Source: Dimargaris cristalligena
Lineage: Eukaryota
Length of the DNA: 38,198 nt
Assembly (NCBI GenBank): GCA_003614675.1
Contig: ML002362.1
Location: 1-38,198 of the forward strand
Reading direction: 5' to 3'
The translations under genes and the position numbers were made by a program. The notes below the pieces were generated by a model that saw nothing but the letters and a program-made list of their open reading frames with translations, did no database searches and was not told where the DNA came from. Below, in pieces: positions 33,226-38,198 of the stretch (its first letter is position 1; each line of letters opens with the position of its first letter).

Positions 33226-35226
33226 TTAATCGTCCAGTATAATAAATTCATCAGTTAGCGGAGGAGTTACCCGGGATTTCTCGGCATTCCGGTCTGCATC
33301 GAGTACAATGGTCCGGAAATCCCCCGTTGACAACGACCGGGAGCGTGCTGCCGCCGCCTCCTCCTCCTTCTCCTGCGCCTTGGCTATTTTGGTTTGGTCG
33401 GGAACCAGTTCTGTGTCCGCCTTGCGTTTCGCTGCCGCTGCAATCGCCAGTTGGGTGGGGTGGGGTGGAGACTCGGGAGAGTTGGCCAGGGCGGAGTGGG
33501 CAGCTGCCACCCCGGGGGACATTTCCAACCGACTGGGGTCCGTCAGGACCAGGGGCGGCAGCTGGTCGTTATCCTCAGGGGTAGGGGTGGTGGTAGTGGT
33601 CGCCACCAGCCAGAAGCTCACGGGCCAGATGTAGGGGGGCAGGGTATCCTCCGATGTCAGCGACACCGTCTGGTTAGTACCTAGACCAAGGTCCGCAAAA
33701 GTCCGGTCCAGATTATCGTCAAAGTCGGGGTCATATAAAATACGCCCGCCCTCCTCGATAATGAGGTCGTCCCCGAGTAGCAATTGGGTGGCGTACTTTT
33801 GGGCCAATTTTAAAAAATCGCCTAAAGTAGCCCGCGTGGGATCGACTTCCAGAACCGCATACCGACGTCGACAAGTCGCGCAAGTCGGGGAGGGAGCGGC
33901 CAATTTTTCGTTGTACAGCAGTCGGGGTCGAGTGGTGTCCTGGACCAAATAGGTGGTTTGGCAGCTCGGCGGTAGATGATTGGCGTTTCCGAAGCCACAC
34001 CGGCGGAGGGTATTAGCCTGGAGGGCGATGAGACCGGCAATCACGGCATTGGTCGTGGCAATCGCCGGGATAATATTGCCGGCCATCGCCTTAACGTCAA
34101 ACTGGGACTGCGGGGCAATATGGAACACGAGGGAACGGAGATTGGCCGTGGCCGTGACAAAGTCTAGCATATCGGGGTCATCCTTATCGAACGACATGCC
34201 CGTTTCCGACAGGGCCGCTTCGGGCAAGGTGCCATCGTCAGTAGTGGGGTCAAGGCGGCCCGTTAACTTGGCGAAGCGCCGCGCGAGTCGGGCAATACTG
34301 TCGCTGAACACCCGGATTGTCTCGGCTTGGTCCCACACCCGCTGGGCCGCCAGTCCCGTGGCCCCTCCTCCCCTCCCTTCGGCCGCAGGATCCCCCGTGG
34401 CCGGGGCAGTCCCGGTGGGAAAGGTCATGGGGGTGGGTTTCGTGCGAGTGGCCCACATGTCCTCCATGGACAGCAGCCGCCGGATATCGTGATCAAATAC
34501 CTTTTGGAATACCTCCCGGGCGAACGTATCCTTAAGCATGTGGAGTCGGAGCCGCTTAAGGGCCGTGGCCTCGAGTTGCAGGTTCCGGATTTCCTCGGCA
34601 TTGTCACTCCCGCCTTCGGTGGTTTGGGTCATGGTGGTGGTGCTGTCCTCATCCCCATCCCCAGCGAACCCAAATAACTGACTAAAGAGATAGTCCTTGG
34701 CCCACACGATGCAGTGGATCGGGGTGCTGGGGGTACTCCGAATAGTACAGATGGGAAACGTGACGGGGACCGGTTAAGGCTGGCAATCGAAACATTCGGT
34801 GCGCCCGCCGTGGATTACGGTGACTTGGCCCTGGTAGCCCGCGGTGCCAGACTCCAAAAGAGGTCGGTTAGTCACCAGACAGAGCCGGTTCACGTAACGC
34901 CGGGCCTCGAGATTATCCAGGGCATTCAGCACCAGATCAAAGCGGGCGAACCACCGGGCATCGAACTTGGGGTGCATGATATTATCGTGGTAGGGGGTGA
35001 CGCGAGCATTCGGATTGAACCGGCGTACGGCGGCGGCGGCGACCTGGGCCTTGGACTGACCGATATGGCAGCGCTGGAAGAGGAACTGGCGGTTGAGGTT
35101 CGATAGGTCAATGGTGTCGAGATCTACCACGTGGATGTCTAGAAAGCCGCTCAGGACGAGGTTTTTCAGCAGCTCGCAGCCGATACCGCCGGCACCGACC
35201 ACCAGAACACGCGTTTCGGCGGACAT
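33226..35226 (-). CDS. UBA2: SUMO-activating enzyme E1 catalytic subunit Uba2/SAE2 with one in-frame TAA at 34774-34776
   Basis: Track ORFs 34774-35226 and 33226-34707 share one frame. Motifs [59 protein letters not shown] (catalytic Cys), [14 protein letters not shown], second CxxC (CATC), NLS KRKA and C-terminal SIM-like FIILDD. Confidence 0.95.
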
Positions 35227-35868
35227 GAGGAAATGGGACGAGACGTGCGGGGGGAGAAGGTGGAGAAATAAAGAAAAGGTATTATAAAGGTAAGGACGAG
35301 GCTAGCGAGGCCGGTTGGGAAGTTGGGAAGATTACGCAAGGGAATGTGAATGGACTTGGAAGACTAGCCTAGGCTTGGTGAAAGGTGGGGGGGGGGTCCC
35401 AAACTAGCAGCAGTCAGAGGAAAGGGTGTATAGGGGCGTGCGCGTGTAAGTTAGAAGCAATGTGAAGGTCATTCCATTGAGAGCAGCGGCATGCATCAGT
35501 TATCCAATAAGGTCTGGTCGATTATTGCGGGTTTCGCTTGCAAGAAGCGGCTATGTACCGCTGCGGTTACTTGCTTGAGGAGGATTTAGAGAAAAAAAGG
35601 GGGGAGAGAAGAAACTACAGGGGGGACCAATGAACCACTATTTCCAAACACCTAATACAAGCTGTCGTTTGTAGGCCCAGGGTGCGTTTCAATCGCTGCC
35701 CTTCTCCCTTACCACTCTACTGCTCGTTATTGCTTTGTTTATTTACCTTTATATTGAGCAGTTTTGGTATTTGAAGCTCCGTTCGTCGGTCTATTTGAGA
35801 CCCCGCTGAATTGGTGGACCTTCCCGATCCACTATAACCTCACCCTCCCCATCACTTGGGCTAGGCCA

Positions 35869-38198
35869 ATGTCCATTATTCGTCTAGGCCGCTCTTCGTG
35901 TAAACCCCTTCGTTTTAACCAGCCCGTCCGCGCTTTGTCCCGACGACTTGCTACTACGCTCTATACTGCCCCCGGCCAGCCATTCTCTGTCAACTCCCCT
36001 GTCGTAGGCCCAAACCATATACACCCACTATTGGCCCAAAAGCGCACATTAATTAGTCCCGGCTGTTCAATCGATGGTTCCGTAGAAACCCTCGAGGCTG
36101 CTCTCCAACGGCAAAATGGCGAATTTGCCCGACGTATCTACCAGCAGCTGCGCCTTAAGGGCCATGTAGGCCTGTTGACCCATAGCCACTTTCGCGCCTT
36201 ACACCGGGGTTTGGAGGGGGACTCTGACCCGTCTCCATCGGAACTTATCGAGGACAATGGTCCCACTTTGTTAACGGTGACCTTGGACTGGGCGTGGTCC
36301 AGTCTAGCCGTGGGGATTCCTTCGGGATGTGTGGGTGATAGCCACCACTACTACTACTACTCGCCCCCTACCGACCTGTGGCAAAATCGGATCAGCACAA
36401 AAGCTACGGGTGATAGATCGTCGAGATTAAATCGATCTACTTCGCGATCGGGCGGTCCTATCGCATCGATAACGTGGTGCCCTCCAGCCCTATCGGTTCA
36501 TCCCACTAGCCATCTGTGCCGCCGGGCCCCTTCCACGAATCACTTGACGGTTATAATCCAGACCCTACTAAACCTGGGCCAAACCTCCTATGTAGTCCAG
36601 CTGATCCACTGGCTGCTCTGCCACCATCACCATTTACGACGACCTTTACTGAGTCGGGCCGTGGCGGCCTTCCACGACCGGAACGACGCTGATGCCATCC
36701 ACCAGCTACTCACCCTAGCGGAGCGCCACCGTACCATACCCCAGAAACTGGCCTTTGACCGAGCTTTGGCCACTTATATACGGGCCGGCTGGCACGACCG
36801 GGCCTGGCTCCTATGGCAACACTGGCTAGCGACCTACGTTCCCCTGACTACCTTTGCGGCCAGCCGACTCCTGGAATCCCTGGGCACCCGGCGGGCCCGA
36901 ACCCCGATCTTGGCCGTCTATGCCGCCTGGCCCACGTTGCGGATGCGTCCGGACCGCCGGGTCTACCATTGCTTGATAGCGGCCCTGGGCGCCGTACGGT
37001 GTGCCCGACAGGCCTGGGCCGTCTATCGTACTATGGTGGCCACGGGGGTGCGGCCCGATAGGGCGACTTATAGTACGTTACTCAACGCGCTCCTGCCGGC
37101 CGCTCAGGTTCGTTGGATCCAAACGTGCCATGGTTACCTGATCCGGACGGCCGGACTGGTCTGGGATGCCGCCATTTATATTGACCTGATTTGCGCCTAC
37201 GCCCGGTGTAGGGCGGCCGGTCCGGTCCGCCGCTTATACATCCATTTACAGGCGTCCGGTTTACCCATTACTGCCGAAGGCTACACTCGGTTGTTAGGGG
37301 CCTTGGGCTACCTCCAGGATATGCCCGGGGTACTGGGTCTATTCCATCGACTCGTGGCTCACCAACGTCTTCCTACTAGCCCTAAGGAAATCCAGGACCA
37401 TCCATCTGCCAACGTCTATCATGTCGGGGCCACTCTCACCGCCTGCTTAGTCAATCGCCAGTATGATACCGTAGCTACCATTCTGCGCCAATTTGACCTT
37501 CTCCAACTTCCCGTATCCACCCCACTGCTCAACCTTTTGCTCCGCTACGCGCTCGAAACCCGGCAATTAGCAATGGTATCGGTCGTCTGGGACCGATTCG
37601 CTTCCGACCATTTGTACCCCGATACGACAAGCTACCGCCATTTGGTATCAGTTCATTGCACCCAGGGCCAATTCAACCGGGCCCTAGGTTGCTTGGTTGA
37701 AATGGACCGAACCCAGATTACCCCACGCACACCGGCCCTGGACAATCTGATTTATCAGTTTATCCATAATGGGAAACAGTCCATACCCCATTTGGAAGCC
37801 TTATGCCAGTACCTAAAACCTCACTTCGCCGAGCTGGCCGAGTCTACCGTCAGCCTGTTTCTTAATCTATGCCTCCGGCTAGGGGCCGGTCGGCGGTGCC
37901 TTCCCCTGATCACACATATGGAACAGCACCCGCGGTCCGACGACTGGGACACCCCGGCGTTGGGTCTGGTCATGTTGCAATTGGGGACTAAATTGGGGGA
38001 CTCGGCCCTGATGGCCCGGTGGGTGGCCCGGGCGGTCAAACGGGGCTGGTACCAGCGACATTTCCGGCTGGCCACTTGGGTTCTCCGCTTCGATATCCAA
38101 TGTGGTCGGATAGACCTGGAGCGGCTCGACATAATGTACCAGCGGGTAATGACAATGGGGATATCCGCAGGTAATCACCCCGCTAAACCGGGCCTTCT
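35869..38198 (+). CDS. Pentatricopeptide-repeat (PPR) protein, probably mitochondrial, truncated by the window edge (missing from the ORF track)
   Basis: ATG at 35869 and open for about 776 codons to the window end. Arg/Ser-rich, acid-free N-terminus MSIIRLGRSSCKPLRFNQPVRALSRRLA. Repeats of about 35 aa such as PDRRVYHCLIAALG..AWAVYRTMVATGVRPDRATYSTLLNAL and PDTTSYRHLVSVHCTQGQFNRALGCLVEM. Confidence 0.9.
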   Translation, partial: MSIIRLGRSSCKPLRFNQPVRALSRRLATTLYTAPGQPFSVNSPVVGPNHIHPLLAQKRTLISPGCSIDGSVETLEAALQRQNGEFARRIYQQLRLKGHVGLLTHSHFRALHRGLEGDSDPSPSELIEDNGPTLLTVTLDWAWSSLAVGIPSGCVGDSHHYYYYSPPTDLWQNRISTKATGDRSSRLNRSTSRSGGPIASITWCPPALSVHPTSHLCRRAPSTNHLTVIIQTLLNLGQTSYVVQLIHWLLCHHHHLRRPLLSRAVAAFHDRNDADAIHQLLTLAERHRTIPQKLAFDRALATYIRAGWHDRAWLLWQHWLATYVPLTTFAASRLLESLGTRRARTPILAVYAAWPTLRMRPDRRVYHCLIAALGAVRCARQAWAVYRTMVATGVRPDRATYSTLLNALLPAAQVRWIQTCHGYLIRTAGLVWDAAIYIDLICAYARCRAAGPVRRLYIHLQASGLPITAEGYTRLLGALGYLQDMPGVLGLFHRLVAHQRLPTSPKEIQDHPSANVYHVGATLTACLVNRQYDTVATILRQFDLLQLPVSTPLLNLLLRYALETRQLAMVSVVWDRFASDHLYPDTTSYRHLVSVHCTQGQFNRALGCLVEMDRTQITPRTPALDNLIYQFIHNGKQSIPHLEALCQYLKPHFAELAESTVSLFLNLCLRLGAGRRCLPLITHMEQHPRSDDWDTPALGLVMLQLGTKLGDSALMARWVARAVKRGWYQRHFRLATWVLRFDIQCGRIDLERLDIMYQRVMTMGISAGNHPAKPGL

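Noticed and set aside
34750-34800. Microintron or frameshift removing the UBA2 stop
   Set aside because: The protein is residue-for-residue colinear with the family motif across the site, and no GT-AG pair brackets the TAA.
33226-35226. Genome-wide reassignment of UAA to an amino acid
   Set aside because: TAA is the terminal codon of NOP2, ECO1, RPL30, PTPA, the TFG-like gene, the C2H2 gene and UBA2 itself, and internal TAA is absent from the other long CDS.
1-38198. CRISPR arrays, transposases, retroelement ORFs, rRNA or snRNA genes
   Set aside because: No repeat-spacer arrays, RT/integrase/DDE motifs or recognisable rRNA/snRNA signatures were seen by eye.

Overview
This is eukaryotic nuclear DNA with GT-AG spliceosomal introns, not a prokaryotic window. 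It is most consistent with an early-diverging fungus; that is an inference from fungal-type genes plus a TFG-like gene. Supported genes in order: a disrupted small secreted-peptide ORF (514-750 +), a Pro/Tyr-repeat protein with two CCHC zinc fingers (-), NOP2 (-), ECO1 (+, 5 exons), RPL30 (-), a 641-aa disordered protein (+), a 3-finger C2H2 transcription factor (-) with a long multi-intron leader and about 8.6 kb upstream region, PTPA/RRD (+, 3 exons), a PB1-coiled-coil-P/Q-rich TFG-like protein (-, 2 exons), UBA2 (-) and a PPR protein that runs off the right edge (+). The most striking signal is a single in-frame TAA in an otherwise intact, colinear UBA2, 9 codons before the catalytic Cys. 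A second in-frame TAA sits at codon 2 of the small secreted ORF. Both are followed by C, unlike the eight terminal TAA codons in the window. Sequencing error or ordinary mutation remains the simplest explanation, but readthrough or editing is testable. Other leads are the TFG-like gene, a histone-tail mimic and an eh1-like motif in the 641-aa protein, a structured 3' flank of the CCHC gene, and a possible autoregulatory RPL30 leader intron. All homology calls come from recalled motifs, not database searches.
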